A stretch of DNA of 32,000 nucleotides from Synechococcus elongatus PCC 6301 (GCF_000010065.1 NC_006576.1:660001-692000), one strand, 5' to 3'. Shown: positions 8,066 through 17,371, counted from the first letter of the stretch. Translations and numbers: made by a program. The notes: generated from the letters alone by a model not told the origin.

Positions 8066-9304
8066 TCAAACAGTTTTGGTAACTTTCTGCAGAAAATCAC
8101 CGAGTAGATAAAGTGATCCACAAAAGACGATCGCTTCTGGATAGGTTTGGGCAATTGCCAGTCCCTCTGCCCAATCAGCCGCCGTTGAGGCGATCGCCCC
8201 CTGCGCTGCTGCCCAAGTTTGCAATTCCTCAGACGACCAACAATCATGGTCAGGCACCGGAATGGCAATACAGCGATCGCCCGATCGCAAAAGAGTTGCC
8301 AAAACCGCTTGCGCATCCTTGGCTCGCAGCATGCCAATCAGCCAGGTGATTGATTGATTCGGTAAAAGTTGATCGACCGCTTGACGCAAAGCGATCGCCG
8401 CCTCCGGATTATGCGCCCCATCAATCAGCAGTCGCCGACCTTGATAATCCAGCCATTGCAAGCGACCGGGCCAGTCAGTATCGGCTAACCCTTGGGCGAT
8501 CGCAGCATCTTGTAATCCCCAGCCCTGTTGCTGGAGCTGTCGCAAAATCGCGATCGCGATCGCCGAGTTGATTCGCTGGACATCACCAATCAGACCCGAC
8601 TGATAGGTCAGTCCTTGACTCTGCCACAGTCCTGATTCGATGACTGTTGCGGGTTCGATCGCGATCATCAGTGCTTGTAATTGCTCAGCTCGATTGCGAA
8701 TTACGGTTCTCGCTTCTGGTAGCAGTGGGCCTACAACCACGGGACAGCGCGATTTGATGATCCCGGCTTTTTCAGCCGCGATCGCCCCTAAGGTCGGGCC
8801 TAAAACTGCTTGATGGTCGTGACCAATGCTGGTGATCGCCGTGACGAGAGGTTGTGCAACAACATTCGTTGCATCCAAGCGTCCACCTAGCCCCGTCTCG
8901 ATCACCACAATATCGAGATCACTGTCAGCGAGGACGAGCCATACCGCTGCCGTCAGCAACTCAAACGGCGTTAGGTCAATGCCATCAGCAGCAGCCAACA
9001 CGGTCTGAACCGCCTCCAGCAAGCGATCGCTACTAACTTGCTGACCGTTTAGTTGCAGGCGTTCGCACCAGCTGATCAAGTGCGGCGAGGTGTAGCGCCC
9101 GACTCGATAGCCGTTCGCCCGCAAGGCCGTATCGACAAACGCACAGGTTGAGCCTTTGCCGTTGGTGCCGGCGATATGGACGATTGGTATTTGATTTTGG
9201 GGATTGCCTAGCCGCTCCAAAACGGTCAGGCTGCGATCGAGCCCCAGATCAACGCCTCGCTGAGCAAACGAACCCAGCAGGCGATCGAGTTCCGCCAGAC
9301 TCAT
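8066..9304 (-). CDS. folC: Bifunctional folylpolyglutamate synthase / dihydrofolate synthase
   Basis: Mur-ligase-type P-loop HIAGTNGKGST with FolC-like overall sequence, 412 aa. Its ATG overlaps the argD stop (ATGA at 9301-9304). Confidence 0.9.
   Translation of the reverse strand: MSLAELDRLLGSFAQRGVDLGLDRSLTVLERLGNPQNQIPIVHIAGTNGKGSTCAFVDTALRANGYRVGRYTSPHLISWCERLQLNGQQVSSDRLLEAVQTVLAAADGIDLTPFELLTAAVWLVLADSDLDIVVIETGLGGRLDATNVVAQPLVTAITSIGHDHQAVLGPTLGAIAAEKAGIIKSRCPVVVGPLLPEARTVIRNRAEQLQALMIAIEPATVIESGLWQSQGLTYQSGLIGDVQRINSAIAIAILRQLQQQGWGLQDAAIAQGLADTDWPGRLQWLDYQGRRLLIDGAHNPEAAIALRQAVDQLLPNQSITWLIGMLRAKDAQAVLATLLRSGDRCIAIPVPDHDCWSSEELQTWAAAQGAIASTAADWAEGLAIAQTYPEAIVFCGSLYLLGDFLQKVTKTV
8550..8563. 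repeat. Example of tandem overlapping HIP1 octamers (GCGATCGCGATCGC)
   Basis: Read directly from the sequence. The same 14-mer recurs near 20091-20104, 23103-23116 and 25867-25880, and single GCGATCGC sites occur throughout the window. Confidence 0.9.
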
Positions 9305-10569
9305 TCGCCAGCGATCGCCAACAATGCGCGTTCGGTCATCGCCAGAGCTTCATCAATTTCTGCGGCACTGACAATCAAGGGCGGCACAAAGCGCACCACT
9401 TCCGCACCGGCAGGCACCAACAGCAGACCCTGCTCAATCGCAGCTTTGACCAAAGCGATCGGCGTCACATTGGGATCATTACGCAAGACTAAGCCGTTGA
9501 TCAGACCCCAGCCGCGCACGCCAGCCAACAGATTCGGGTAGCGATCCACCAGTTCTTGCAAACCCGCCCGTAACTGCTCGCCCCGTGCCTGCACATTGGC
9601 TAGTAGTTGATCGCGCTCCATCACTTGCGCGATCGCCAGACCTGCCCGACAAGCCAACGGATTACCACCAAAGGTGCTGGCATGTTCGCCAGCTTGCAGA
9701 ATATTGCAGGAGGCCTTGACCAGCAGCGCCCCGATCGGCACACCGCCACCCAAGCCTTTCGCAACCGTGAAAGCGTCCGGCTCAATGCCGAGGTTTTCGT
9801 AACCCCAGAGCTGGCCCGATCGCCCCATGCCAACTTGGACTTCATCCAAAATCAACAGCATCCGCCGTTGATCGCAGAGCTGGCGCACCGCTTGGAAGTA
9901 GGCGCGATCGCCTGGATTGACACCACCTTCACCTTGCAGCGGTTCCAACAGGATTGCCGCCACTGTTTCGCCAGCAGCATCGAGTTCTGCCAAGGTCGCT
10001 TCCGGTGCCGCCAAACCGTTGTAGGGCACATAACGGAAGCCTTGAACGAGCGGTTGAAAACCCTTGTGATATTTGGGCTGACCGGTTGCAGTCACGGCTG
10101 CCAGCGTCCGACCATGGAAGCTAGCCTGAGCCGTCAGGATGATCGGATTCTCCGCTTCAAGAACCGTGTTGCCATGTTTGCGCGCCAGCTTAATTGCCGC
10201 TTCGTTAGCTTCCGCGCCGGAATTACAGAAGAAAACGCGATCGGCACAGGAGTTTGCCGTCAGCCAAGCGGCCAGTTGGCCCTGCTCGGGAATGTAATAG
10301 AGATTGGAGACGTGGTGGAGTTTGCGGATTTGATCGCTGATCGCATCTACCAACTCAGGATGGGCGTGCCCCAAGGTGCAGGTGGCAATGCCCGCCACAA
10401 AATCCAGATAGCTCCGCCCCTGCGTATCCCACACTCGGCAGCCTTCACCCCGTTCTAAGGCCAGTGGGAAGCGCCCGTAGGTCTGCATGACGCAGGCATC
10501 AAACGCATCGGTACTGAAAGGTGATGCGATCGCGGCATCTACTGCCGCCAAGACGGTTTCGGGGCTCAC
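9301..10569 (-). CDS. argD: Acetylornithine aminotransferase (class III PLP aminotransferase)
   Basis: N-terminal VMQTYGRFPLALERGEGCRVWD and the PLP-lysine region DAFTVAKGLGGG are present. The protein is 422 aa with a GTG start. Confidence 0.9.
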   Translation of the reverse strand: MSPETVLAAVDAAIASPFSTDAFDACVMQTYGRFPLALERGEGCRVWDTQGRSYLDFVAGIATCTLGHAHPELVDAISDQIRKLHHVSNLYYIPEQGQLAAWLTANSCADRVFFCNSGAEANEAAIKLARKHGNTVLEAENPIILTAQASFHGRTLAAVTATGQPKYHKGFQPLVQGFRYVPYNGLAAPEATLAELDAAGETVAAILLEPLQGEGGVNPGDRAYFQAVRQLCDQRRMLLILDEVQVGMGRSGQLWGYENLGIEPDAFTVAKGLGGGVPIGALLVKASCNILQAGEHASTFGGNPLACRAGLAIAQVMERDQLLANVQARGEQLRAGLQELVDRYPNLLAGVRGWGLINGLVLRNDPNVTPIALVKAAIEQGLLLVPAGAEVVRFVPPLIVSAAEIDEALAMTERALLAIAGE

Positions 10570-10763
10570 GCGATTAACTCCTCTGTCAGCGGCTTACAGA
10601 GCGATTGGATGATCCACTGATTATAAGGTCGGTACTCAGAGCGATGCAGAGTGCCATTCAGGAAAGCGTCTCTAGCGATCGCCTTCATCTCATGCAATCG
10701 ATGCTGCCTAAGTTCTAAGAATCTTGACCGAACCTCAGCGCACAGCTCATCCAAGGAGGGCAA
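10566..10763 (-). CDS. Small hypothetical protein (65 aa) upstream of argD
   Basis: The ORF's TGA overlaps the argD GTG start (GTGA). The predicted protein is charged and helical-looking. However, the only start at full length is TTG, and the first ATG would give about 40 aa. No recognisable family. Confidence 0.3.
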   Translation of the reverse strand: MPSLDELCAEVRSRFLELRQHRLHEMKAIARDAFLNGTLHRSEYRPYNQWIIQSLCKPLTEELIA

Positions 10764-10956
10764 TCACTGTGCAGGTTTAGCCTTTTATAGAGAAGGTGCA
10801 GCAGGGGTAGACAGCGCGGCCAAAACAGAAGCTGAGGGATATGCTGAAACCGCTGGAGAGGTTCTCTACGCAGACTTTGCAACAATACGTTAAATTTAGT
10901 TAAGAGACTTTCTCAGAATTCTCCGGCCCTATCGGACTCTTTAAGGATCGACGCCC

Positions 10957-12849
10957 ATGAAATGGAACTGGCGCACCCTGGCACTCTGGACTCTGCCGAT
11001 CCTGGTCATCGGCTTTTTCGTCTGGCAAGGGGGCATTGGGGCGAACCTGCAAACCAATAGCACCATCAATGCGGCCAGCACCCGCATGACCTACGGTCGC
11101 TTCTTGGAATACCTCGATGCGGGCCGAGTCACGGCAGTTGATTTTTATGAAGGCGGCCGCACGGCGATCGTCGAGGCCGTTGACCCTGACCTCGATAACC
11201 GGCTGCAACGCCTCCGCGTCGATCTGCCTGGCACGTCTCCCGATTTGATCACGCGCCTGCGCGACAGCGACATTAACTTCGACGTCCACCCACCGCGCAA
11301 CGATGGCGCGATCTGGGGTCTGCTCAGCAACCTGATCTTTCCGATCCTGCTGATCGTCGGTTTGTTCTTCCTGTTCCGTCGCTCTGGCAACGTGCCGGGT
11401 GGCCCCGGTCAAGCGATGCAGTTCGGCAAATCGAAAGCCCGCTTCCAAATGGATGCCAAAACCGGCGTGCTGTTTGACGATGTCGCTGGCATCGAAGAAG
11501 CCAAGGAAGAGCTGCAAGAAGTGGTGACCTTCCTGAAAAACTCCGAGCGCTTCACCGCAGTCGGTGCCCGTATTCCTAAAGGCGTCTTGCTGGTTGGCCC
11601 TCCGGGGACGGGTAAAACCCTGTTGGCTAAAGCGATCGCGGGTGAAGCAGGTGTTCCTTTCTTCAGCATCTCCGGTTCAGAATTCGTGGAAATGTTTGTG
11701 GGTGTCGGTGCCAGCCGCGTCCGCGACCTGTTCAAGAAAGCCAAAGAAAACGCACCTTGCATCGTCTTCATCGATGAAATTGACGCCGTCGGCCGTCAGC
11801 GTGGCGCCGGTATTGGCGGTGGTAACGACGAGCGGGAACAAACCCTCAACCAGTTGTTGACCGAAATGGACGGTTTTGAGGGCAACACCGGCATTATCAT
11901 CATCGCGGCCACCAACCGCCCCGATGTCTTGGATGCAGCGCTGACCCGTCCTGGCCGTTTCGATCGCCAGATCATCGTTGATGCACCGGACATCAAAGGC
12001 CGTCTGGAAATCCTCAAGGTTCACGCCCGTAACAAGAAACTGGCGGAAGATGTCTCCCTGGATGTGATCGCCCGCCGGACGCCGGGTTTCGCCGGTGCTG
12101 ATTTGGCCAACCTGCTGAACGAAGCCGCAATTTTGACTGCCCGTCGACGTAAAGATGCGATCACGCTGACGGAAATTGATGACGCCGTCGATCGCGTCGT
12201 CGCCGGTATGGAAGGTACGCCGCTGGTCGATGGCAAGAGCAAGCGCTTGATTGCTTACCACGAGGTGGGTCACGCGATCGTGGGCACCTTGGTCAAAGAC
12301 CATGACCCGGTTCAGAAAGTGACGCTGATTCCTCGCGGCCAAGCTCAAGGTCTGACCTGGTTCGCGCCGGATGAAGAGCAAGGCTTGACCTCGCGGGCGC
12401 AAATTCTGGCTCGGATTAAAGGCGCCCTCGGCGGCCGGGCTGCGGAAGATGTGATCTTTGGCCATGACGAGGTGACCACCGGTGCAGGCAATGACTTGCA
12501 ACAGGTGACGGGCATGGCGCGTCAGATGGTGACTCGCTTTGGCATGTCGGATCTGGGGCCGCTGTCGCTGGAAGGTCAAAGTCAAGAGGTGTTCTTGGGC
12601 CGCGATCTGATGACGCGATCGGAATACTCGGAGCGGATTGCCATCCGCATTGATGCCCAGGTTCATGACATCGTCGACCACTGCTACCAAGAAACGCTGC
12701 AGTTGATTCGCGACAACCGCATCGTGATCGATCGCCTCGTCGATCTGCTGATTGAAAAAGAAACGATCGACGGCGATGAATTCCGTCAGATTGTGGCTGA
12801 GTACTGCCAAGTCCCTGAGAAAGAACGATTTGTGCCTCAGCTGATCTAG
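10957..12849 (+). CDS. ftsH: ATP-dependent zinc metalloprotease FtsH (FtsH2-like thylakoid type)
   Basis: Two N-terminal TM segments, Walker A GPPGTGKT, Walker B IVFIDEID, an SRH region, and zinc motif HEVGHA. The N-terminus [21 protein letters not shown] resembles cyanobacterial FtsH2. Confidence 0.95.
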   Translation: MKWNWRTLALWTLPILVIGFFVWQGGIGANLQTNSTINAASTRMTYGRFLEYLDAGRVTAVDFYEGGRTAIVEAVDPDLDNRLQRLRVDLPGTSPDLITRLRDSDINFDVHPPRNDGAIWGLLSNLIFPILLIVGLFFLFRRSGNVPGGPGQAMQFGKSKARFQMDAKTGVLFDDVAGIEEAKEELQEVVTFLKNSERFTAVGARIPKGVLLVGPPGTGKTLLAKAIAGEAGVPFFSISGSEFVEMFVGVGASRVRDLFKKAKENAPCIVFIDEIDAVGRQRGAGIGGGNDEREQTLNQLLTEMDGFEGNTGIIIIAATNRPDVLDAALTRPGRFDRQIIVDAPDIKGRLEILKVHARNKKLAEDVSLDVIARRTPGFAGADLANLLNEAAILTARRRKDAITLTEIDDAVDRVVAGMEGTPLVDGKSKRLIAYHEVGHAIVGTLVKDHDPVQKVTLIPRGQAQGLTWFAPDEEQGLTSRAQILARIKGALGGRAAEDVIFGHDEVTTGAGNDLQQVTGMARQMVTRFGMSDLGPLSLEGQSQEVFLGRDLMTRSEYSERIAIRIDAQVHDIVDHCYQETLQLIRDNRIVIDRLVDLLIEKETIDGDEFRQIVAEYCQVPEKERFVPQLI

Positions 12850-12873
12850 CGCACTAGATTAGGGCCTCAACTG

Positions 12874-12910
12874 ACCGCTGCTGGACTTCGGAAAGGCAGC
12901 GGTTTTTCTT
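12874..12910 (+). terminator. Rho-independent terminator downstream of ftsH
   Basis: 8-bp stem ACCGCTGC / GCAGCGGT (12874-12881 and 12896-12903), immediately followed by TTTTTCTT. Confidence 0.6.
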
Positions 12911-13032
12911 GGGTCCTTGTTTAGTGGGAGAAAGCAGTTCTGGCGACTAGATGAGAACCGCGATCGCAGGTTGCCTAACGAAGGGTGTCACTTTCCGTTA
13001 GGATTGCGAGGATCCCTGTCTGTCCTGTGACT

Positions 13033-14742
13033 ATGTTGCGTCTCGATCGCATCTCTAAGATTTATCCCACCGGTGAGGTGCTCCGAGATGTGAGCTGGGA
13101 AGTCAAACCCGGCGATCGTATTGGTTTAGTCGGGGTGAATGGGGCTGGCAAGTCGACCCAAATGCGGATTATTGCCGGTTTGGAAGAGGCCACTAGCGGC
13201 GAAATTATTCGGCCCAGTAGCCTCAAAATTGCTTATCTGCAGCAAGAGTTTGATATCGATCCTGAGCGCACAGTTCGGGAAGAACTCTGGCAAGCCTTTG
13301 GTGAAGCAACAACCGTTTTTAATCAGTTGTCGGAGGTGGAGCACCAGATGCAAACCGCCGAACCTGAGCAACTAGACGATTTGATCCATCAGCTCGATCG
13401 CTTACAACGGCGGTTTGAGGCCTTGGATGGCTATGCGATCGATGCCCGCATTGCCAAGCTTCTACCTGATCTGGGTTTTGGTCTGGAGGATGGCGATCGC
13501 TCGGTGGCGGCCTTTAGTGGCGGCTGGCAGATGCGGATGGGCTTGGGCAAAATTCTGCTGCAAGAGCCTGATCTACTGCTGCTGGACGAGCCGACTAACC
13601 ACCTCGATCTTGAAACGATTGAATGGTTAGAAACCTACCTGAAAGGCTTGAGCCAGCCGATGGTGATCATTTCACACGATCGCGAGTTTCTCGATCGGCT
13701 CTGCACCCAAATTGTGGAAACAGAACGCGGGGTAGCTCGCACCTATCTCGGTAACTACAGCGACTATCTCACTCAGAAAGAGCTGGAAAAGACAGCGCAA
13801 TTTGCAGCCTTTGAGCGTCAGCAAAAAGAACTCGCTGAGCAACAAGCCTTTATCGATCGCTTTCGGGCCAGCGCGACTCGCAGCACCCAGGCCAAAAGTC
13901 GCGAAAAGCAACTCGAGAAAGTCGAGCGAATTGAAGCACCCGAAGATAACTTGCGCGGTATTCAGTTTCGCTTTCCACCCGCACCTCGCAGCGGCCGCGA
14001 AGTGGTGATGATTGAGGATCTAACCCACGCCTACAACGACAAGATCCTGTTCCTTGGGGCAGAATTGCTAATTGAACGGGGCGATCGCATTGCCTTTCTC
14101 GGGCCGAATGGCGCGGGTAAGTCTACCCTGTTGCGGCTGATTCTGGGGCGTGAGCCGCTGCTGGAAGGCAAAGTGGAACTCGGTGCCCACCAAGTCATCC
14201 CCAGCTATTTTGAGCAGAATCAAGCGGAAGCGCTAGATCTCGAAAAGACAGTGCTCGATACGATTCATGACGAGGTGCCGTCTTGGAAGGACTCAGAAGT
14301 TCGCACCCTTTTGGGGAGTTTCTGTTTCCGCTCTGACACTGTCTTCAAGAAAGTAGGGGCTCTAAGTGGTGGTGAGAAAGCACGACTAGCGCTGGCAAAA
14401 ATGTTGCTGCAGCCTGCCAACTTGTTGATTCTCGATGAGCCAACGAACCACCTCGATATCCCTGCCAAGGAAATGCTGGAGGAAGCTCTACGAGAGTACG
14501 AAGGAACGGCGCTAATTGTGTCGCACGATCGCTATTTCGTATCGAGAGTTGCCAATAAGATTGTCGAAATTCGGGATGGCGAGTTCCGCGTTTATGCCGG
14601 CGATTATCACTATTACCTCGAGCAAATTCAGCTGAAGAAAGAGCGAGAGCGGCTGGCGGCAATAGAGGCAGAAAAAGCTTCGAAGGCAGCGGCGAAGCGT
14701 GCTAAGCAAAAAGCCAAACAGCAAGAACGCCGTCAGTCCTAA
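13033..14742 (+). CDS. ABC-F family ATPase (two NBDs, no TMD; translation-factor type)
   Basis: Walker A GVNGAGKST and GPNGAGKST, signatures FSGGWQMR and LSGGEKAR, and a Lys/Ala-rich C-terminal tail. ATG 13033 (MLRLDRISKIYP) is the likely start. The track start at 12985 adds 16 unlikely residues. Confidence 0.9.
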   Translation: MLRLDRISKIYPTGEVLRDVSWEVKPGDRIGLVGVNGAGKSTQMRIIAGLEEATSGEIIRPSSLKIAYLQQEFDIDPERTVREELWQAFGEATTVFNQLSEVEHQMQTAEPEQLDDLIHQLDRLQRRFEALDGYAIDARIAKLLPDLGFGLEDGDRSVAAFSGGWQMRMGLGKILLQEPDLLLLDEPTNHLDLETIEWLETYLKGLSQPMVIISHDREFLDRLCTQIVETERGVARTYLGNYSDYLTQKELEKTAQFAAFERQQKELAEQQAFIDRFRASATRSTQAKSREKQLEKVERIEAPEDNLRGIQFRFPPAPRSGREVVMIEDLTHAYNDKILFLGAELLIERGDRIAFLGPNGAGKSTLLRLILGREPLLEGKVELGAHQVIPSYFEQNQAEALDLEKTVLDTIHDEVPSWKDSEVRTLLGSFCFRSDTVFKKVGALSGGEKARLALAKMLLQPANLLILDEPTNHLDIPAKEMLEEALREYEGTALIVSHDRYFVSRVANKIVEIRDGEFRVYAGDYHYYLEQIQLKKERERLAAIEAEKASKAAAKRAKQKAKQQERRQS

Positions 14743-14761
14743 TCTGCTCTCTCTCAATGCC

Positions 14762-14843
14762 AAAAAGCGATCGCAATCATCCGCTCTCACTGGTTAGCCA
14801 TGCTGGTCAATGACAGGCAAGATCAGGAAGGCGATCGCTTTTT
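14762..14843 (+). terminator. 13-bp perfect inverted repeat built on two HIP1 sites, A-tract/U-tract flanked (possible terminator of the ABC-F gene)
   Basis: AAAAAGCGATCGC (14762-14774) and GCGATCGCTTTTT (14831-14843) are exact reverse complements. The 56-nt spacer is unusually large for a terminator loop. Confidence 0.3.
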
Positions 14844-15094
14844 ATTCGGCTAAAGGCCAGCTTCTTTCACCCTCACTAATCGAGAGAGAAGCCATCGTTC
14901 AGATCCAGAGGAACCATTTACCGCGTCAAGATTGACGGCTGAGCAGTCATTGGCTTCCGCTTTTTGGCCAGATTAAAGATCAAAAACTCTGATGTCTCTG
15001 TCGATGCAGTTGCTGTCGACTCGGGCAAACGCGATCGCTGTTACACAGCGCTGAACAGCCGCTCATTTTGAAGACTGACACTCCAAAGAGTGAC

Positions 15095-15120
15095 CTTGAA
15101 TTAATACTGCGGCATTCAAG
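15095..15120. promoter_or_regulatory. 7-bp perfect inverted repeat upstream of the XRE gene (candidate operator)
   Basis: CTTGAAT (15095-15101) - 12 nt - ATTCAAG (15114-15120), ending 46 nt upstream of the ATG at 15167. Confidence 0.25.
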
Positions 15121-15166
15121 ACTTTGACTAGGCTGTTTATTCTGGGAGCAGTAACGAGGAATTTTT

Positions 15167-15517
15167 ATGTCGAAGCTGTTTGCGGCGACGGCAGCAGAAC
15201 GAGCGAGCCGACTAGCCACCCTCCTACAGGAGTTCCGCTTCCAAGTTCATAAACCGCTGTTCGAATCTGCAGGCTTAGCCGCGCCACCCCTATCTAAGCG
15301 GCAACTATCCCAACTGCTAGGCGTGTCACCGACCCTGATTGTCAAATATGAAAATGCCGAAATTGACCCCCTCGATATTCGCTGGGGCTTAATGAACCGG
15401 ATTGCTGAAGTTCTGGGGCTGTCCCTCGATGAACTGAATGGCGTGTTCTCTGGTCAGCAAGACTCCTCCGCCCTACTGGAGCGATCGCAGAAGAAAAGCA
15501 ACCGCCGCTCTAGCTGA
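15167..15517 (+). CDS. XRE-family helix-turn-helix protein
   Basis: HTH_3-like segment KRQLSQLLGVSPTLIVKYENAEIDPLDIRWGLMNRIAEVLGLSLDEL. A GAGGA Shine-Dalgarno-like motif sits about 8 nt upstream of the ATG. The C-terminal tail is basic. Confidence 0.7.
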   Translation: MSKLFAATAAERASRLATLLQEFRFQVHKPLFESAGLAAPPLSKRQLSQLLGVSPTLIVKYENAEIDPLDIRWGLMNRIAEVLGLSLDELNGVFSGQQDSSALLERSQKKSNRRSS

Positions 15518-15561
15518 ACAGGGCTACGTCAGTTAGCCTCAGACCGAAACCCTCCGCTTCA

Positions 15562-16188
15562 TCAGGCGCGATCGCTGGCCGGGATAATTCCTTGGGAGGC
15601 TAAATAGTCCAGCACTTGCGCCACACAATCCTCAAGCGATCGGCTGCCAGTATCAATTTGCAGCTCCGCCGCTTCCGGTGCCTCGTAGGGCGAAGAAATT
15701 CCTGTAAATTCTGGGATCTGACCAGCGCGAGCCTTGGCATAGAGGCCTTTGACATCGCGTTGCTCACAGATATCCAAAGAGGCTTGGCAATAGACCTCAA
15801 TATATTCACCGTCGGCGACCAAGGCGCGGACGCGATCGCGATCGGCACGGAAGGGCGAGACAAACGCCGCCAGGGTAATCACCCCTGCTTCCATGAACAG
15901 CTTGGCGACTTCGCCAATACGACGAATATTTTCTTGGCGATCGCTATCGGAAAACCCAAGATCCGCACAAAGGCCGTGGCGGACATTATCGCCATCGAGG
16001 ACAAAGGTGCGGCAGCCCCGCTCAAACAGCTGTGCCTCAACCGCATGGGCCAAGGTCGATTTACCCGACCCCGATAGACCTGTAAACCACAGAATCACAC
16101 CGCGATGACCGTTGAGTCGCTCACGATCGCTGCGGGTAATTGTCGCATCGTGCCAAACGACATTCCGACTCGCGGGATCAGCGATCAT
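15562..16188 (-). CDS. cysC: Adenylylsulfate (APS) kinase
   Basis: P-loop [13 protein letters not shown] plus [10 protein letters not shown] and FVSPF motifs, 208 aa. Confidence 0.93.
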   Translation of the reverse strand: MIADPASRNVVWHDATITRSDRERLNGHRGVILWFTGLSGSGKSTLAHAVEAQLFERGCRTFVLDGDNVRHGLCADLGFSDSDRQENIRRIGEVAKLFMEAGVITLAAFVSPFRADRDRVRALVADGEYIEVYCQASLDICEQRDVKGLYAKARAGQIPEFTGISSPYEAPEAAELQIDTGSRSLEDCVAQVLDYLASQGIIPASDRA

Positions 16189-16265
16189 TCCTAACGCCTC
16201 AACGGATTTACAGCCCGTACTAGCCTATCAGCAAGCGGCAGCGGATCCAGTACCTTACGGTTTGC

Positions 16266-16586
16266 TCAACGCCAGTGACTGAGCACGGCCTGCTGTTCCG
16301 CCAAATGTTGCACCAGCCGCTGACTGACTACTTCGCAGAGTTCAAAGACCGTGGAGTCGCAGATTTCGTAGTAGACACAGCCCTGTCGCGGCGTCCGACT
16401 CACAACCCCCGCTTGGTGGAGCAGTTTGAGGTGTTTCGAGACATTAGCCTGCCCCAGCCCCGATGCCGCCACAATTTCAGAAACCGAGAGCGCACCTTCC
16501 TTCAGGGTGCACAGCACTTGCAACCGAGTCGACTCTGAAAGCAGCTTGAAGTAGTCGGCGACTTGCGCCAGAGCAGCAGAGTTCAT
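16266..16586 (-). CDS. ArsR/SmtB-family transcriptional regulator, YgaV/BigR/SqrR-like
   Basis: Winged HTH (SVSEIVAASGLGQANVSKHLKLLHQAGVV). There is a Cys in the alpha2 motif RLQVLCTL and further Cys residues in the C-terminal helix region (EICDSTVFELCEV). No ELCVCDL metal site. ATG is at 16586 (the track starts at TTG 16598). Confidence 0.85.
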   Translation of the reverse strand: MNSAALAQVADYFKLLSESTRLQVLCTLKEGALSVSEIVAASGLGQANVSKHLKLLHQAGVVSRTPRQGCVYYEICDSTVFELCEVVSQRLVQHLAEQQAVLSHWR

Positions 16587-16612
16587 GGACACAGGCAATT
16601 ACGAAACTTTTT

Positions 16613-16652
16613 TATTCTATTATATTACCACTTAAGAATATTTTGATAAACT
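16613..16652. promoter_or_regulatory. Candidate operator/promoter in the divergent ArsR-PDO control region
   Basis: Inverted repeat TATTCT (16613-16618) - 16 nt - AGAATA (16635-16640). A possible plus-strand promoter is TTACCA (16625-16630), 16-nt spacer, TAAACT (16647-16652). A GAGGA motif lies before the ATG at 16679. A hand count of 16601-16660 gives 13/60 G+C. Confidence 0.3.
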
Positions 16653-16678
16653 CATCATGTCAGCCAGAGGAACCGACT

Positions 16679-17371
16679 ATGCTTTTCCGTCAGCTCTTCG
16701 ATCGCGACACTTGGACTTACACCTACTTAATTGCCGATGAAGCCAGTGGTGAAGCCGCATTGGTGGATCCTGTTTTAGAACAGTGCGATCGCGATTTAGC
16801 GCTGCTGCAAGACCTGGGTCTGACGCTGAAGTTTTGCTTAGAAACTCATCTCCACGCTGACCACATCACCGCAGCTGGGCGGCTGCGGGAATTGACCGGC
16901 TGCGAAACTGTTGTACCGGCAGGTGCAAATGCGACCTGTGCTGATCGCTTTGTGGTGGAGGGCGATCGCCTCCAGGTTGGGTCAATTGCGATTACAGTGA
17001 TCGAAACTCGCGGTCATACCGATAGCCATGCCGCTTACTTGATCCATCAGGCGGAGTTGTTGACTGGCGACTCGCTATTGATTCGTGGTTGTGGCCGTAC
17101 GGATTTTCAGAGCGGTGATGCGGGTCAGTTGTTCGACTCGGTGCAACGTCTCTTCCAACTGCCGGACAACACCCGCGTTTGGCCTGGCCACGACTACAGA
17201 GGGCACACCGTCTCCACGATCGGTGAAGAAAAACGCCTCAATCGCCGTTTTGTAGGCCGCGATCGCCAAAGCTTTATCACCTTCATGAACAGTCTCGACC
17301 TGCCTGATCCGCAGCGAATTATGGAAGCCGTGCCTGCCAACGAACGCTGCGGTCATCCCGCCACTAGCTAA
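16679..17371 (+). CDS. Persulfide dioxygenase (ETHE1-type metallo-beta-lactamase fold)
   Basis: Near-colinear resemblance to ETHE1: MLFRQLFDRDTWTYTYLIAD, metal motif THLHADH, GDSLLIRGCGRTDFQSGD, PGHDY.GHTVSTIGEEKRLN. ATG is at 16679 (the track starts at 16643). Confidence 0.9.
   Translation: MLFRQLFDRDTWTYTYLIADEASGEAALVDPVLEQCDRDLALLQDLGLTLKFCLETHLHADHITAAGRLRELTGCETVVPAGANATCADRFVVEGDRLQVGSIAITVIETRGHTDSHAAYLIHQAELLTGDSLLIRGCGRTDFQSGDAGQLFDSVQRLFQLPDNTRVWPGHDYRGHTVSTIGEEKRLNRRFVGRDRQSFITFMNSLDLPDPQRIMEAVPANERCGHPATS

Noticed and set aside
9607-10458. 283-aa plus-strand ORF antisense to argD
   Set aside because: It is a shadow ORF of a confidently identified aminotransferase and has no motifs of its own.
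11677-12810. 377-aa minus-strand ORF (plus 10900-11517, 205 aa, and smaller ones) overlapping ftsH
   Set aside because: They are entirely antisense to an unambiguous FtsH gene. The translations are Arg/Gly/Asp/Val-rich with no recognisable motifs. This is a typical shadow ORF in moderately GC-rich coding DNA.
12974-13002. 7-bp hairpin (CCTAACG...CGTTAGG) in the leader of the ABC-F gene, considered as an attenuator like those of antibiotic-resistance ABC-F genes
   Set aside because: The stem is short, there is no U-tract, and there is no convincing leader peptide. The 16-codon upstream extension from 12985 has no ATG. The protein looks like a housekeeping ABC-F. I cannot support a regulatory call.
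14980-15219. 79-aa minus-strand ORF overlapping the start of the XRE gene (considered as a possible toxin partner)
   Set aside because: The sequence is Ser/Arg/Cys-rich and low-complexity, overlaps the XRE start codon and Shine-Dalgarno region antisense, and resembles no toxin family.
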